Shown here in pieces: positions 19,106 to 29,938 of a DNA stretch of 64,000 nucleotides (its first letter is position 1; each line of letters starts with the position of its first letter). A model generated the notes under the pieces. It saw only the letters and a list, made by a program, of their open reading frames with translations, was not told where the DNA came from and made no database searches. Position numbers and translations under genes: made by a program. The DNA is from an uncultured Muribaculaceae bacterium (GTDB taxonomy: Bacteria; Bacillota_I; Bacilli_A; RF39; UBA660). The stretch is from assembly GCA_964616485.1 (NCBI GenBank), contig CAZTRB010000005.1, forward strand, positions 11,592-75,591. The letters run 5' to 3'.

Positions 19106-21121
19106 ATGAAGAGATTTTTATTCGTGATTCTTTTGATATTGCTTCTTTTTAATAGTGGAACAGCACATGCAGAAATTATTAAGACTGGTCGGGCTATAGC
19201 CGATGTTGGGCTTAGAATTAGAGCTACTCCCTCTACTAGCGGAACACAATTAGGAACGATACCCTATGGAACGATAGTTAGAATCATCGGTGAAGCGAAT
19301 GGTTCGGGATGTAACGATCCTTGGTTTCAAGTAATTTACTCTACTGGTAATAGTAATATAAACGGTTATTCTTGTTCTACTTATATAACGGAAATTACGG
19401 AGTATGATACTGAAGAGAATACGCCTACAACACCACCAGTAAATAGCGAGGACTTCGAAGCCTACTTAACTTCACAAGGATTCCCAGAAAGCTACAAAGT
19501 CAAACTAAGAATTTTACACGAACAACATCCTAATTGGATATTTGTCGGTATAAAAGTAAGAGAGTCTTGGCAAACGTCTTTAAATCTTCAAGGCGAAGAT
19601 GGAAGAAGTACATTAAATGTTAATGCGGCAAGAAAGGCTTTGGGGCAAGAGGGATATTTATCGACTGCAGCGGGACACTATAACTATGAGACTGACACTT
19701 TTATTCCTAAAGATGGTACTTATTGGTTTCAAGCTAACTCAGATGCTATTGGATATTACCTTGACCCAAGAAACTTCATGGACGAGAAAAATGTTTTCAT
19801 GTTCGAAAGTCTTTTACAAAACGATGCTATTCATACTAAATCAGTAGTCGACGGGATCTTGTCGAGTGACTTCATGAAACAATATTCTAATCATTTCATG
19901 AAAGGTGCAAGAGACTACAACGTTTCTGCTACGCACTTAGCATCACTATCTAGACAAGAAGTAGGAATTACTAACGGTAACATTGTTACTAACGGAAAAG
20001 CCGGAGTATTATCAGACGGAGTTAACTATAACGGTTACTATAACTTTTTTAATATCGGAGCATCATCATCGGGAGATCCGAAGTTAAAATCGTTACAAAG
20101 CGCTAAAGCTCGCGGCTGGAATTCACCTGAGAAATCAATCGTTGGTGGAGCGGCTTTTATATCTAGTGGTTATATTAATGCCGGACAATACACGGCTTAT
20201 CTTCAAAAGTTTAACGTCGATCCTAATGCTACTAAAGGAATATGGCATCAGTATATGACTAACATAGCGGCATTATCTTCGCCGGCAATTACGACATATA
20301 ACTCATATAATAATCTCGGTTTCATAAACCATTCATTTATATTCTCGATTCCAATATTTACTAATATGCCAGAAAGCACTTCGTTACCTCCCTTAGGTAA
20401 CCCAAATAACTGGCTAAAAGAAATAAAGATAAATGGTATCGCTTTATCTAGTTTCTACGGTGGTACCACTAATTACACCATCGATATTCCTTACGAGGAA
20501 GAGATTACAGTAGAGGCTAAAAAAGTAAATAGTAACGCTACTGTATCAGGAACTGGAACAAAAGCCTTAACGGAAGACAAAACCACTTTAACGATTAAAG
20601 TCACTGCTCAAAACGGAAGCGTTAAAAACTATACGGTAACAGTTAATCGTGGGATAAAAGACGATCCTAACTTAGAGATAGATCTTCTATTAAAAGATGT
20701 CTTAACTGATAGCAAATACAAATACGATAGTAAAAATCTTTGGGGAATAACTCTAGGAACTAGCGTTAAGAGTCTTACTAGTAAAATAAAAGGAAAATAT
20801 AAAACAGTAAGTGTAAATATAAAAAATAAAGACGGCAATACTAAAACAGACGGTGTCATAGTTACAGGAGATAAAGTAACGATAACGACTAAACAAGAAT
20901 CTACTACTATCGAAGTAATAATCTTTGGTGATACTAATGGAGACGGATACATCTCGGCAATCGACATCTTAAGCGCTCAAAAACATATCCTTGGATATAC
21001 TACTCTTTTAGGAACTAGTTTCAAAGCGGCAGACATAAATAAAGACGGTGTCATATCAGCTTATGACTTACTACAATTTCAAAAACACGTCTTAGGTTAT
21101 ACTAATATAAGCCAATCATAG
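19106..21121 (+). CDS. secreted multidomain putative peptidoglycan hydrolase: signal peptide, SH3b, GH73/glucosaminidase-like domain, cadherin-like beta-sandwich and a C-terminal dockerin
   Basis: GGAGGTG RBS. Signal peptide ...GTAHA. SH3b-like region IRATPSTSGTQLGTIPYGTIVRI. GH73-like motifs LSRQEVG...NFFNIGA...YMTNIAA. Cadherin-like region LKEIKINGIALS...TIKVTAQNGSVKNYTVTV. Dockerin repeats GDTNGDGYISAIDIL and DINKDGVISAYDLL. Confidence 0.7.
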   Translation: MKRFLFVILLILLLFNSGTAHAEIIKTGRAIADVGLRIRATPSTSGTQLGTIPYGTIVRIIGEANGSGCNDPWFQVIYSTGNSNINGYSCSTYITEITEYDTEENTPTTPPVNSEDFEAYLTSQGFPESYKVKLRILHEQHPNWIFVGIKVRESWQTSLNLQGEDGRSTLNVNAARKALGQEGYLSTAAGHYNYETDTFIPKDGTYWFQANSDAIGYYLDPRNFMDEKNVFMFESLLQNDAIHTKSVVDGILSSDFMKQYSNHFMKGARDYNVSATHLASLSRQEVGITNGNIVTNGKAGVLSDGVNYNGYYNFFNIGASSSGDPKLKSLQSAKARGWNSPEKSIVGGAAFISSGYINAGQYTAYLQKFNVDPNATKGIWHQYMTNIAALSSPAITTYNSYNNLGFINHSFIFSIPIFTNMPESTSLPPLGNPNNWLKEIKINGIALSSFYGGTTNYTIDIPYEEEITVEAKKVNSNATVSGTGTKALTEDKTTLTIKVTAQNGSVKNYTVTVNRGIKDDPNLEIDLLLKDVLTDSKYKYDSKNLWGITLGTSVKSLTSKIKGKYKTVSVNIKNKDGNTKTDGVIVTGDKVTITTKQESTTIEVIIFGDTNGDGYISAIDILSAQKHILGYTTLLGTSFKAADINKDGVISAYDLLQFQKHVLGYTNISQS

Positions 21122-21130
21122 GAGGACTTT

Positions 21131-22546
21131 ATGAAAAAAATCTTTAAACCATTTACAATGGTTTTCCTTTTTACAGTGATGTTTTTGTTTAATAATAACG
21201 TCTTGGCAGCTAACTTAAATGTCTCGATAACCTCGAGTACTAGTAGAGCGGTAGTTGGTAACAATATTACTTATACGGTTAGAGTGTCTTCTAATGCTAA
21301 ATTTGGTAATATTCATTATAGATTAGAATATGACACTTCTAAGTTAACTCATGTAAGTGGAACACTAAATAATTTTGATTTAAATGTTATCGATAAATAT
21401 TCTGCTACTTACACTTTTACTTTTAGAGCAAAAGCAAGTGGTAATGCTAGAGTAACGTTCGTAATCAACGAAGCCTTAGAATTAAATAACAATTCTTTTA
21501 ATTATAATACTAGAACCAATAAAGATATAACGATCATAACTCAACAACAATTAGAAGCTAGCTATAGTAAAAACAACTACCTATCATCTTTAAAAATAGA
21601 TAATTTTGAAATGACACCGGCTTTTAATAAAGATACTTTAGAATACTCGATAGAATTAGAAAACGATGTTAAATCAATAAATATTAGCGGTACTAAAGCA
21701 GATTCAACAGCATCAGTCGAAGGTTTGGGTGCACATGAATTAATAGAAGGACCAAATAAAATAAATATAAAAGTTACTGCCCAAAACGGTGCCTCTAGAA
21801 CATATACGATAAATGCAACGGTAAAAGAATTAAATCCCATTATCGTAACTGTCGACGGCAAAGAATATAATGTCGTTAGAAAAAAAGACCTAATAAAAAA
21901 ACCTAATAGCAAATACGAAGAGACGATTATACAAATAAATGAAGAAGATGTCCCAGCTTTCATAAACGAGACGACTAAAGTAACATTAATCGGGCTTAGA
22001 GATGAAGAGGACAACATTTCTTTATTTAGTGTTAAAAATGATACGTATATTCCTTACCAAGAATTCGCTTTTAGTAGTATAATATTTACGGAAGAAAATT
22101 TAGACGATCTTCCTAAAGGTTATACTAAAACTAAATTAAAACTCGAAGAAGTAGAAATAGACGCTTATCAAGATAACTCTAACTTAAATTTCTACCTAAT
22201 AAAAGGAGTGAACATTGAAACGGGAATAACTTCCCTATATCAATATGATAGTAAAGAAAACACTCTTCAAATATATAATGATTCATTAGCTAAACAAAAT
22301 AAGGAATTAACTAATAAGAATAATATTTATCTTTATACTATAATTGGTCTAATAGCACTCATAGCTATATCTTCCGGAACGATATTAGTAAAGACTTTAA
22401 AAAATGAAAAACCTAAAATAAAAAAAGAAGAGAAGACCGACAAAAAAGTCAAAGAAAAAGTAGAGGAACCGAAAGAACCTATCATAGAAGAAGAGAGTCT
22501 AACAAAACAAATAAAGAAAATGAAAAAAAATAAAAAACAATCTTAA
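21131..22546 (+). CDS. membrane-anchored cohesin-like scaffold protein (signal peptide, cohesin-like domain, cadherin-like domain, C-terminal TM and Lys-rich tail)
   Basis: AGGAGG RBS. Cohesin-like pattern NVSITSSTSRAVVGNNITYTVRVSSN...IHYRLEYDTSKLTHVSG...RVTFVINEA. Cadherin-like region LSSLKIDNFEMTPAF...INIKVTAQNGASRTYTINATV. TM helix IIGLIALIAISSGTILV followed by a lysine-rich tail. Confidence 0.6.
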   Translation: MKKIFKPFTMVFLFTVMFLFNNNVLAANLNVSITSSTSRAVVGNNITYTVRVSSNAKFGNIHYRLEYDTSKLTHVSGTLNNFDLNVIDKYSATYTFTFRAKASGNARVTFVINEALELNNNSFNYNTRTNKDITIITQQQLEASYSKNNYLSSLKIDNFEMTPAFNKDTLEYSIELENDVKSINISGTKADSTASVEGLGAHELIEGPNKINIKVTAQNGASRTYTINATVKELNPIIVTVDGKEYNVVRKKDLIKKPNSKYEETIIQINEEDVPAFINETTKVTLIGLRDEEDNISLFSVKNDTYIPYQEFAFSSIIFTEENLDDLPKGYTKTKLKLEEVEIDAYQDNSNLNFYLIKGVNIETGITSLYQYDSKENTLQIYNDSLAKQNKELTNKNNIYLYTIIGLIALIAISSGTILVKTLKNEKPKIKKEEKTDKKVKEKVEEPKEPIIEEESLTKQIKKMKKNKKQS

Positions 22547-22561
22547 TATACTGGAGGAATT

Positions 22562-24667
22562 ATGAAAAAGAAAAAGATCAAATACCAAAATATATTCACA
22601 ATACTTTGTATCTTAAGCAGCTTATATCTAATCCAATCTATCTACTTATTTTCACAAATAGAAACAGTTATTAGATACTCTGTAATTGGTATTTTAGTTC
22701 TTTTCGACTTCTTTATATTAATTAAGATGTTTTTCTTAAAGACTAAAAAAACTATTATATATATTATAGTCTTAGTCTTTTTTAGTGGAATATATATATT
22801 CTTAGGATACAATTTAAATAGAATATACTCTTATTTTACTAACTTAAATAAGACGATTACTTATTCGACTAGTTTAGTTACCTTAAAAAGTACTAAAGAT
22901 GTCGATCTAATAACACTTAAGAATGCTAATATAGGTCTTATCGATGATCCGACTTCTGAAGATGGACACATCTTAGCACAAGAGATAATAAAGAAAGAGA
23001 GTTTATCTAAAAACAATAATATTATCTATAGGCATTCATATACTGAACTTATATTAGATTTATATGATAAAGACTTAGACTATATTTTTCTTCCTAGTTC
23101 TTATGTCGATATCTTTAGTACGATCGAAGGTCTTGAAGATATAGAAGATAAAATTAAGACTATTCTAACGACAGAGATGGAAAAGACTAAAGAAGAGGCA
23201 CAACTATTAGGAGATCCTAAGAATATAGATGAACCATTCACGATGTTATTAATAGGTATTGATTCAACGGCTGATGGTATTCAAAATGCCGACTCATTTA
23301 ATGGAGATTCTCTTATGGTACTTACTTTTAATCCTAAGACGATGACTGCTACGATGTTAAGTATACCTAGAGATACGTATGTTCCAATAGCATGCTTTCC
23401 AAATAAAATAGAAAATAAGATAACTCATTCTGCTTCTCGTGGTACAAGTTGTGTTATAAATACTATTCAAAACTTATTGGATATAAAAATAGACTATTAT
23501 ATGAAGATTAACTTTACTGGTCTAGTCGAACTAGTCGATGCCGTCGGTGGAGTCGAAGTCGATGTTCCTTATAGTTTTTGTGAACAAAATAGTAAGAGAA
23601 AATTCGGTAATAGTACTATCTATGTAAAAGAAGGTTTAAGGACACTTAATGGTGAAGAGGCCTTAGCATTATCTAGAAATAGAAAGAATAATTATGAATA
23701 TTGTTCTAAAGAATGGACTAAGGGAAATAGAAGTGACTTTGTAAGAGCAGAGAACCAACAAAAAGTAGTTCAAGGAATATTAAATAAAGTAAAAGGTTAT
23801 ACTTCTATTAACAAAATAGAAGAGTTATTAAAAATAGTCTCTAAAAACTTAGATACTAATATGAGTGAGAAGACGATTTTCTCATTCTATAATATTGCAA
23901 AGGATGTCATGATATCATCGTCTAATTCTGATATACTATCTATTCAAAGATTAGAGATAGTCGGATGGGGACAAACGATATACGATGAGACATCTAAGTT
24001 ACAGTTGTGGAATTATGTTCCAAATAAGAGAAGTACCGAAGATGTAAAAGAAGCTATTAAAATAAATTTAGGACTGAAAAAACATGAGTTAATCAAGACT
24101 TTCACTTATTCTTGGAAAGAAGAATATACTCAAAAGATTCCAGGTAAAGGGCCTTATAGTATATATACTACTTATGACTTGCTAAAAGACTTTACTAACA
24201 TGAATATAACGGATGTCGAGCTATGGGCTGAAAAAAACGACATTACTTTAGTCATAGAAGAAGTAGAAAAGGTCGGTTACAAAAATGGTACAGTCGTTAA
24301 TCAAGAGTATCCAGTTAATAAGAGATTAGATTTAATACCCGATAGAACATTAAAAATAGAAGTAGTCAAGAATAAAGATACTAAAATAGACTGTTTAAAA
24401 GACGAGGAAAACATTATTTGTCTAATACCTGACTTTATCGGTAAAACTAAGAAAGACGTAGCTCTTTGGGGAAATAAGTTCTCTAATCTAGTAGATGTTA
24501 AATATGTAGAAGTGGAGTCTGAAGAAGAAGAGAATACGATAATAGATCAAACGATTAAAGGTATTACGATAAAAGAATTACTTGAGAATAAAGAGAGTAT
24601 CACTTTTACTATCGTTAAGAAAAAAGAAATAATACCACCTATCGAAGAAGAAATGGAAGAAGAATAA
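22562..24667 (+). CDS. LCP (LytR-CpsA-Psr) family glycopolymer ligase with an N-terminal membrane region and an extended C-terminal domain
   Basis: TMLLIGIDSTADG ... DSLMVLTFNP ... SIPRDTYVPIA ... DYYMKINFTGLVELVDAVGGVEVDV. C-terminal ~250 aa of unknown fold with an acidic tail. Confidence 0.8.
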   Translation: MKKKKIKYQNIFTILCILSSLYLIQSIYLFSQIETVIRYSVIGILVLFDFFILIKMFFLKTKKTIIYIIVLVFFSGIYIFLGYNLNRIYSYFTNLNKTITYSTSLVTLKSTKDVDLITLKNANIGLIDDPTSEDGHILAQEIIKKESLSKNNNIIYRHSYTELILDLYDKDLDYIFLPSSYVDIFSTIEGLEDIEDKIKTILTTEMEKTKEEAQLLGDPKNIDEPFTMLLIGIDSTADGIQNADSFNGDSLMVLTFNPKTMTATMLSIPRDTYVPIACFPNKIENKITHSASRGTSCVINTIQNLLDIKIDYYMKINFTGLVELVDAVGGVEVDVPYSFCEQNSKRKFGNSTIYVKEGLRTLNGEEALALSRNRKNNYEYCSKEWTKGNRSDFVRAENQQKVVQGILNKVKGYTSINKIEELLKIVSKNLDTNMSEKTIFSFYNIAKDVMISSSNSDILSIQRLEIVGWGQTIYDETSKLQLWNYVPNKRSTEDVKEAIKINLGLKKHELIKTFTYSWKEEYTQKIPGKGPYSIYTTYDLLKDFTNMNITDVELWAEKNDITLVIEEVEKVGYKNGTVVNQEYPVNKRLDLIPDRTLKIEVVKNKDTKIDCLKDEENIICLIPDFIGKTKKDVALWGNKFSNLVDVKYVEVESEEEENTIIDQTIKGITIKELLENKESITFTIVKKKEIIPPIEEEMEEE

Positions 24668-24682
24668 ATTTTTAGCAACTAT

Positions 24683-24713
24683 AGAGAGCTAGAGATAGAT
24701 TCTCTTTTGTTTG
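24683..24713 (+). terminator. possible weak terminator after the LCP gene
   Basis: Short hairpin agaga-tagat-tctct followed by ttttgtttg. Confidence 0.3.
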
Positions 24714-24729
24714 TCATTAAAATATTACT

Positions 24730-24758
24730 TTGACAATTAATATACTATATAGTATAAT
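24730..24758 (+). promoter_or_regulatory. consensus sigma-A promoter of rnj (TTGACA-17-TATAAT)
   Basis: ttgaca at 24730-24735, a 17-nt spacer, tataat at 24753-24758. Confidence 0.6.
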
Positions 24759-24796
24759 CACCTAGTTAGTTCTTTAAAAATATGAAAGGAGAAATT

Positions 24797-26470
24797 ATGA
24801 ATAAAGAAACAAACGATACTAAAATTATTATTTTAGGAGGTTTGGGAGAAGTCGGTAAGAACATGTATTGTGTAATGCATGGTGACGACATTATTATTAT
24901 TGATTCGGGTATCAGTTTTCCAGATGCAGGAATTTTGGGAATTGATTATATATTACCAGATTTTACTTTTTTAAAGCAAAATCAAGATAAGATTAAAGCC
25001 TTGATAATAACTCATGGTCACGAGGACCATATAGGAGCTATTCCTTTTTTGGTGCAATCAATAGATATACCAGCGATATATGCCCCTAACCAAGCTAAAG
25101 AGTTAATAAGTATGAAGCTACAAGATCGTAACGTTAGATATGATAATCTATTCGTCTACGATGACAAGACAATTTTAAAATTTAATAAGCTAGAAGTAGA
25201 GTTTTTTATAACGACTCACTCGATTCCCGATTCACATGGAGTCTTGATAAAGACACCTGATGGAAACATCGTAACGACTGGAGACTTTAAGTTCGACTTT
25301 ACTCCGATAGGTCCGATGGCTGATTTACACAAAATGGCAAGAATCGGAGAAAACGGAGTTGATGTTCTATTAAGTGACTCAACAAACGCATTAAATGAAG
25401 GTATAAGTATAAGTGAGACGAAAGTAGACAATGCTCTAAATGATATTTTTGATAAATATACACAACAGAGAATAATAATAGCCACTTTCGCTTCAAACAT
25501 CTATCGTCTTAAACACATTATCGAGACATGTTACAATCACGGAAGAAAAATATGTGTCTTCGGTAGAAGTATGGAGAATAATATCAAGATATCGATAAGT
25601 GGTGGTTATATAAACCATTCTGATATCTTAGTCACACCAGAAGAAGCTAATTCGTTAAAGCCTGGTGAAGTAACTATACTATCTACCGGTTCACAAGGAG
25701 AACCTTTGGCTGCTCTTTCGAGAATATCTAACGGTACTCATAAGCAAATTAAGCTTAGACCAGACGATGTCGTAGTATTGTCATCTTCACCGATACCGGG
25801 CAATGCTCAAGCTATCGGGAATACGATAAACAAATTATATTTACAAGGAGTAAAAGTATATACTAATAATACTTCTAATGAAATCCATACATCGGGTCAT
25901 GCCAATATGGAAGAGCTAAAACTGATGATTAGGTTGATGAAACCAAAATATCTAGTGCCTTTCCACGGTGACTATCGCATGTTAAAGAGTCATGCCAACT
26001 TAGGAATAGAGTGTGGGGTACCAAAAGAAAATACCTTCGTCTTAAAAAACGGAGATGTCTTGGTATTAAAAGATCGTGTTCTAACTAAAGGAACGCCAGT
26101 AATAGCCAGTGATATCTATGTCGATGGTAGTCGCTTAGAAGAAGTAAACAGTGCTGTTCTAAGAGATCGTAAAGTAATGGCAAGTGATGGTATACTAGTA
26201 GTCATTGCTAATATCGATATGAAAAACAAGAGTCTGCTTATTAAACCTAACGTTACTACTAGAGGTTTTGTCCTAGTAAATGAGAATGAGACTTTATTAA
26301 AACAAATTGTAAATAAAGCCGAAGAAATAATCTTAAATAAGTTAGAAGATCAAGCATCTAGTTTCATGGATATTAAAAATCAAATAACGGCTGATTTATT
26401 CCCTTATGTATACGAATTAACGGGAAGAAAGCCGATCATATTGCCAGTAATTTTAGATATTAAGAAATAA
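24797..26470 (+). CDS. rnj: ribonuclease J
   Basis: Metallo-beta-lactamase HGHEDHIGAIP with beta-CASP organisation. AAAGGAG RBS precedes ATG 24797; the ORF-track start is 15 nt too early. Confidence 0.9.
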   Translation: MNKETNDTKIIILGGLGEVGKNMYCVMHGDDIIIIDSGISFPDAGILGIDYILPDFTFLKQNQDKIKALIITHGHEDHIGAIPFLVQSIDIPAIYAPNQAKELISMKLQDRNVRYDNLFVYDDKTILKFNKLEVEFFITTHSIPDSHGVLIKTPDGNIVTTGDFKFDFTPIGPMADLHKMARIGENGVDVLLSDSTNALNEGISISETKVDNALNDIFDKYTQQRIIIATFASNIYRLKHIIETCYNHGRKICVFGRSMENNIKISISGGYINHSDILVTPEEANSLKPGEVTILSTGSQGEPLAALSRISNGTHKQIKLRPDDVVVLSSSPIPGNAQAIGNTINKLYLQGVKVYTNNTSNEIHTSGHANMEELKLMIRLMKPKYLVPFHGDYRMLKSHANLGIECGVPKENTFVLKNGDVLVLKDRVLTKGTPVIASDIYVDGSRLEEVNSAVLRDRKVMASDGILVVIANIDMKNKSLLIKPNVTTRGFVLVNENETLLKQIVNKAEEIILNKLEDQASSFMDIKNQITADLFPYVYELTGRKPIILPVILDIKK

Positions 26471-26496
26471 AAAAACAGTTTCCTGTTTTTTTTTTA
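26471..26496. terminator. bidirectional terminator between convergent rnj and rny
   Basis: aaaaacag-tttc-ctgtttttttttt. Confidence 0.6.
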
Positions 26497-28047
26497 CTAT
26501 TTTGCTTCTTCTTGAGCTCTAGTTTCTCTTATAACTGTTACTTTAATAGTACCCGGATATTGCATAGTAGACTCAATCTTTTCTTTAACCTCTCGCGCAA
26601 TCTTGTGAGACGTTAAGTCGTCGATCTCTTCTGGTTTAACTATTACTCTAAGTTCTCTACCCGCTTGAACAGCAAAGGTCTTATCGATACCACTCATATC
26701 TTTAGTAATCGCTTCTAGTTGACCTAGACGTTTAATATAGTTTTCTAAAGAATCGTTTCTAGCTCCTGGACGCGATGCCGATAGAGCATCTGCTATAGCT
26801 ACTATTACCGAGATAATCGATGTAGCTTCTCTATCGCCATGGTGAGACTCGATCGAATTAATAACCGCTTCATGTTCATTAAACTTTTTAGCAAGCTCAA
26901 TTCCAATCTCAACGTGACTTCCTTCAGCTTCGTGATCAATCGCTTTACCAATATCATGTAACAACCCAGCTCTCTTAGCAAGCATTTGATTCTCACCAAG
27001 TTCTGCCGCTATTAAACCTGCTAGATGTGCAACTTCTTTAGAGTGATCTAAGGCATTTTGACCATAACTAGATCTAAAATGTAATTTACCTATTATCTCT
27101 ACTAGTTGAGCATCGACTTTAGTAATACCAAGTTCGAATAAGGCATCATTACCATGCTCGATTACTTTTTGTTTCATCTCTTTACTTACTTTATCATAAA
27201 TCTCTTCGATTCTAGTCGGATGAATACGACCATCTTTAAGTAGAGTCTCTAACATTACTCTAGCAGTCTCTCTTCTTAAAGGATCAAAACTTGAAAGGAC
27301 TACCGCTTCCGGAGTATCATCGATTATTAAATCTACTCCCGTTATAGCTTCAATAGTACGAATATTTCTTCCCTCTCGTCCTATAATTCTTCCTTTTAAT
27401 TCATCATCTGGAAGAGCGACGACAGTAACAGTCTGATCATTCGCTATATCAGCAGCATATCTTTGCATAGACATCGTAAGTAAGTTTTTAGCCTTCTTAT
27501 CTACTTCTAATTTAGCTTCGTCTTCTCTTTCTTTAATATACAAAGAAATCTCTTTATTCATCGTCTCTTCGACAATTTTCATGACTTCTTTTCTAGCCTG
27601 ATCTCGATTTAACTTTGCTACATTCATAAGTTGTTCTAATTGTTCTTGTTTCATTTCTTCTATTTTTGCGTATTCTGACTGAATATCTTTTTGAGATTCT
27701 AAAATTTTATTTTCTTTTTCCTCTAAAGAAAGTTCTCTTTTTTGGAACAATTCATCACGCTTATCTAGGTTACCCTCTCTTGCATGTAACCTATCTTCAG
27801 CCGCTTTAATTTCGTCTTTCTTTTCTTTAAAACCTTTTTCCGCTTCTAGTTTAGTCTTGTGAAGTTCTTCTTTTAACTCAAATAAAGAATCACGTTTATT
27901 TCTTTCCGCTTCTTTTTTAGCATTCTCAATAATCTCGTCGGCATTTTTAGCGGCTTTTTTCACTTTATTGTTAATAAAGTAATATCCCGCAAAAAAACCA
28001 GTAAATATTCCAGCAAGAACTAGCAAAACAGAGATTAGTGTTTCCAT
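26497..28047 (-). CDS. rny: ribonuclease Y
   Basis: N-terminal TM helix, KH domain ([13 protein letters not shown]) and HD domain (HHGD). GGAGG RBS places the start at METLISV (ATG 28047). Confidence 0.9.
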   Translation of the reverse strand: METLISVLLVLAGIFTGFFAGYYFINNKVKKAAKNADEIIENAKKEAERNKRDSLFELKEELHKTKLEAEKGFKEKKDEIKAAEDRLHAREGNLDKRDELFQKRELSLEEKENKILESQKDIQSEYAKIEEMKQEQLEQLMNVAKLNRDQARKEVMKIVEETMNKEISLYIKEREDEAKLEVDKKAKNLLTMSMQRYAADIANDQTVTVVALPDDELKGRIIGREGRNIRTIEAITGVDLIIDDTPEAVVLSSFDPLRRETARVMLETLLKDGRIHPTRIEEIYDKVSKEMKQKVIEHGNDALFELGITKVDAQLVEIIGKLHFRSSYGQNALDHSKEVAHLAGLIAAELGENQMLAKRAGLLHDIGKAIDHEAEGSHVEIGIELAKKFNEHEAVINSIESHHGDREATSIISVIVAIADALSASRPGARNDSLENYIKRLGQLEAITKDMSGIDKTFAVQAGRELRVIVKPEEIDDLTSHKIAREVKEKIESTMQYPGTIKVTVIRETRAQEEAK

Positions 28048-28176
28048 AATTTCCTCCATTTTCTAATTCAATATAATTTAACAGTTAATATTACATAAGT
28101 AAATATTACTATCTCTATTGTATGTTTTTTTAATGATATTGTCAAAGTAAATTTTGAAACAAATAAAAAGAGAAAT

Positions 28177-29190
28177 TTATTTTTTCTCTTTCTTTACACT
28201 AATACCATAAAATTCTCTAGTCTTAGTCTCAATCTCATCGAATAAATCTCTTCTCTCTTTAAGTAGGATTTTCACATTTTCTTTTCCTTGACCTAGTTTT
28301 TCACCGTTATAAGAGAACCAAGCTCCACCTTTTTCCACGATGTTTGCACTGACGGCTAGATCGATTAACTCTCCTTCTTTAGAAACCCCTTCTCCATACA
28401 TAATATCGACTGCTGCGACTTTGAATGGTGGAGCCACCTTGTTTTTAACGACTTTAACATTCGTCTTATTACCGATAATAGCGTCTCCTATCTTTATTTG
28501 TTCGCTTCTCCTAATCTCTAAACGAATCGTCGAATAGAATTTTAAAGCTCTACCACCAGGAGTCGTCTCTGGGTTACCAAACATGATTCCTACTTTTTCA
28601 CGCAATTGATTTATAAAGACAGCAATAGTGTTTGTTTTATTGATAACACCTGATAACTTTCTTAGAGCTTGACTCATAAGCCTAGCTTGTAATCCGACAT
28701 GTGAATCACCCATTTCACCAGCAATCTCTGCTTGTGGAACGAGTGCAGCCACCGAGTCGATAACGACGATACTAACGGCTTCACTTCTAACTAAAGCCTC
28801 ACATATTTCTAAAGCTTGTTCACCAGTATCTGGTTGAGCTAATAATAAATCGTTAATATTAACTCCTAAGTTTTTAGCATACGTCGGATCAAGAGCATGC
28901 TCAGCATCGATAAACGCCGCCTTACCACCTTGCTTTTGAACCTCGGCTATTGCATGTAATGCAAATGTCGTCTTACCACTTGATTCCGGACCATATATCT
29001 CGATAATCCTTCCTTTAGGATAACCACCGACACCTAATGCTATATCTAACGAAAGGGAACCACTTGGTACGGTATCGACTTCCATATGTCTGCTTTCTCC
29101 AAGCTTCATTATCGCACCTTTACCAAATTGTTTTTCTATATCTAATAATACTTGTTCTAATGTTTTTTCCTTGTCTGTACTTTTGTTCAT
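28177..29190 (-). CDS. recA: recombinase RecA
   Basis: Walker [10 protein letters not shown] and typical RecA sequence throughout. Confidence 0.95.
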   Translation of the reverse strand: MNKSTDKEKTLEQVLLDIEKQFGKGAIMKLGESRHMEVDTVPSGSLSLDIALGVGGYPKGRIIEIYGPESSGKTTFALHAIAEVQKQGGKAAFIDAEHALDPTYAKNLGVNINDLLLAQPDTGEQALEICEALVRSEAVSIVVIDSVAALVPQAEIAGEMGDSHVGLQARLMSQALRKLSGVINKTNTIAVFINQLREKVGIMFGNPETTPGGRALKFYSTIRLEIRRSEQIKIGDAIIGNKTNVKVVKNKVAPPFKVAAVDIMYGEGVSKEGELIDLAVSANIVEKGGAWFSYNGEKLGQGKENVKILLKERRDLFDEIETKTREFYGISVKKEKK

Positions 29191-29257
29191 AAATTACCTC
29201 CACTTATTACTCACAAAATTATAATACAATAGATTAAATAAAAAAGCAACTGTTTTT

Positions 29258-29271
29258 CGAACAATTGTTTG
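29258..29271. promoter_or_regulatory. putative LexA (Cheo/SOS) box upstream of recA
   Basis: cgaacaattgtttg fits GAAC-N4-GTT(C/T). Overlaps the predicted recA promoter region. Confidence 0.5.
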
Positions 29272-29329
29272 TATTTAATGTTTTGTTGACACTTTGTATT
29301 AAAAAAATAAAATTTCTATAAAAGAAATT

Positions 29330-29938
29330 CTATTTTTCACGATCTTTATTAACAAAAATTATCTTTTTATTAATACTATAGTATTCAAACATAGACGTTA
29401 TAGATAATACTGTAGCAAAATATAATAAGAATTCAGCGGCTCTTATACCGATAAGTTCAAATGGTAAATTACCGAAAAATACTAACGAAATACCGATCAT
29501 TAACATTACTGTCTTCAATTTCCCGCTTCCTATTGCCGCTACTACCTTACCCTTAGCCGCAGCTTCCATCTTAATCGCATTAACGATTATATCTCTTAAT
29601 ACGATGACTATCGGTATTATAGCATCTATCTCATTTAATGAAGCTAAAATAATTAAAACTGAGTTAACTAAGATCTTATCAGCGATAGCATCTAACATCT
29701 TTCCCGTGTTAGTAATCAAACCTTTTTTTCTAGCGATATAACCGTCATAAAAATCAGTAAAAGACGCTATTAAAAAGATTACTCCACTAATAAGATATTT
29801 AGAATCTAAAACGACACTATCTGTTATCTTAATTATAGGAAAAACTATTCCTACTTCGTAAAATGGAAAAAGTAAGAGGATAATTAAAACAACAGCTAAT
29901 ACTATACGGGATAATGTTAATTTAATTGGTAAATTCAT
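29330..29938 (-). CDS. pgsA: CDP-diacylglycerol--glycerol-3-phosphate 3-phosphatidyltransferase
   Basis: DGYIARKKGLITNTGKMLDAIADK (CDP-alcohol phosphatidyltransferase motif). Confidence 0.85.
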   Translation of the reverse strand: MNLPIKLTLSRIVLAVVLIILLLFPFYEVGIVFPIIKITDSVVLDSKYLISGVIFLIASFTDFYDGYIARKKGLITNTGKMLDAIADKILVNSVLIILASLNEIDAIIPIVIVLRDIIVNAIKMEAAAKGKVVAAIGSGKLKTVMLMIGISLVFFGNLPFELIGIRAAEFLLYFATVLSITSMFEYYSINKKIIFVNKDREK

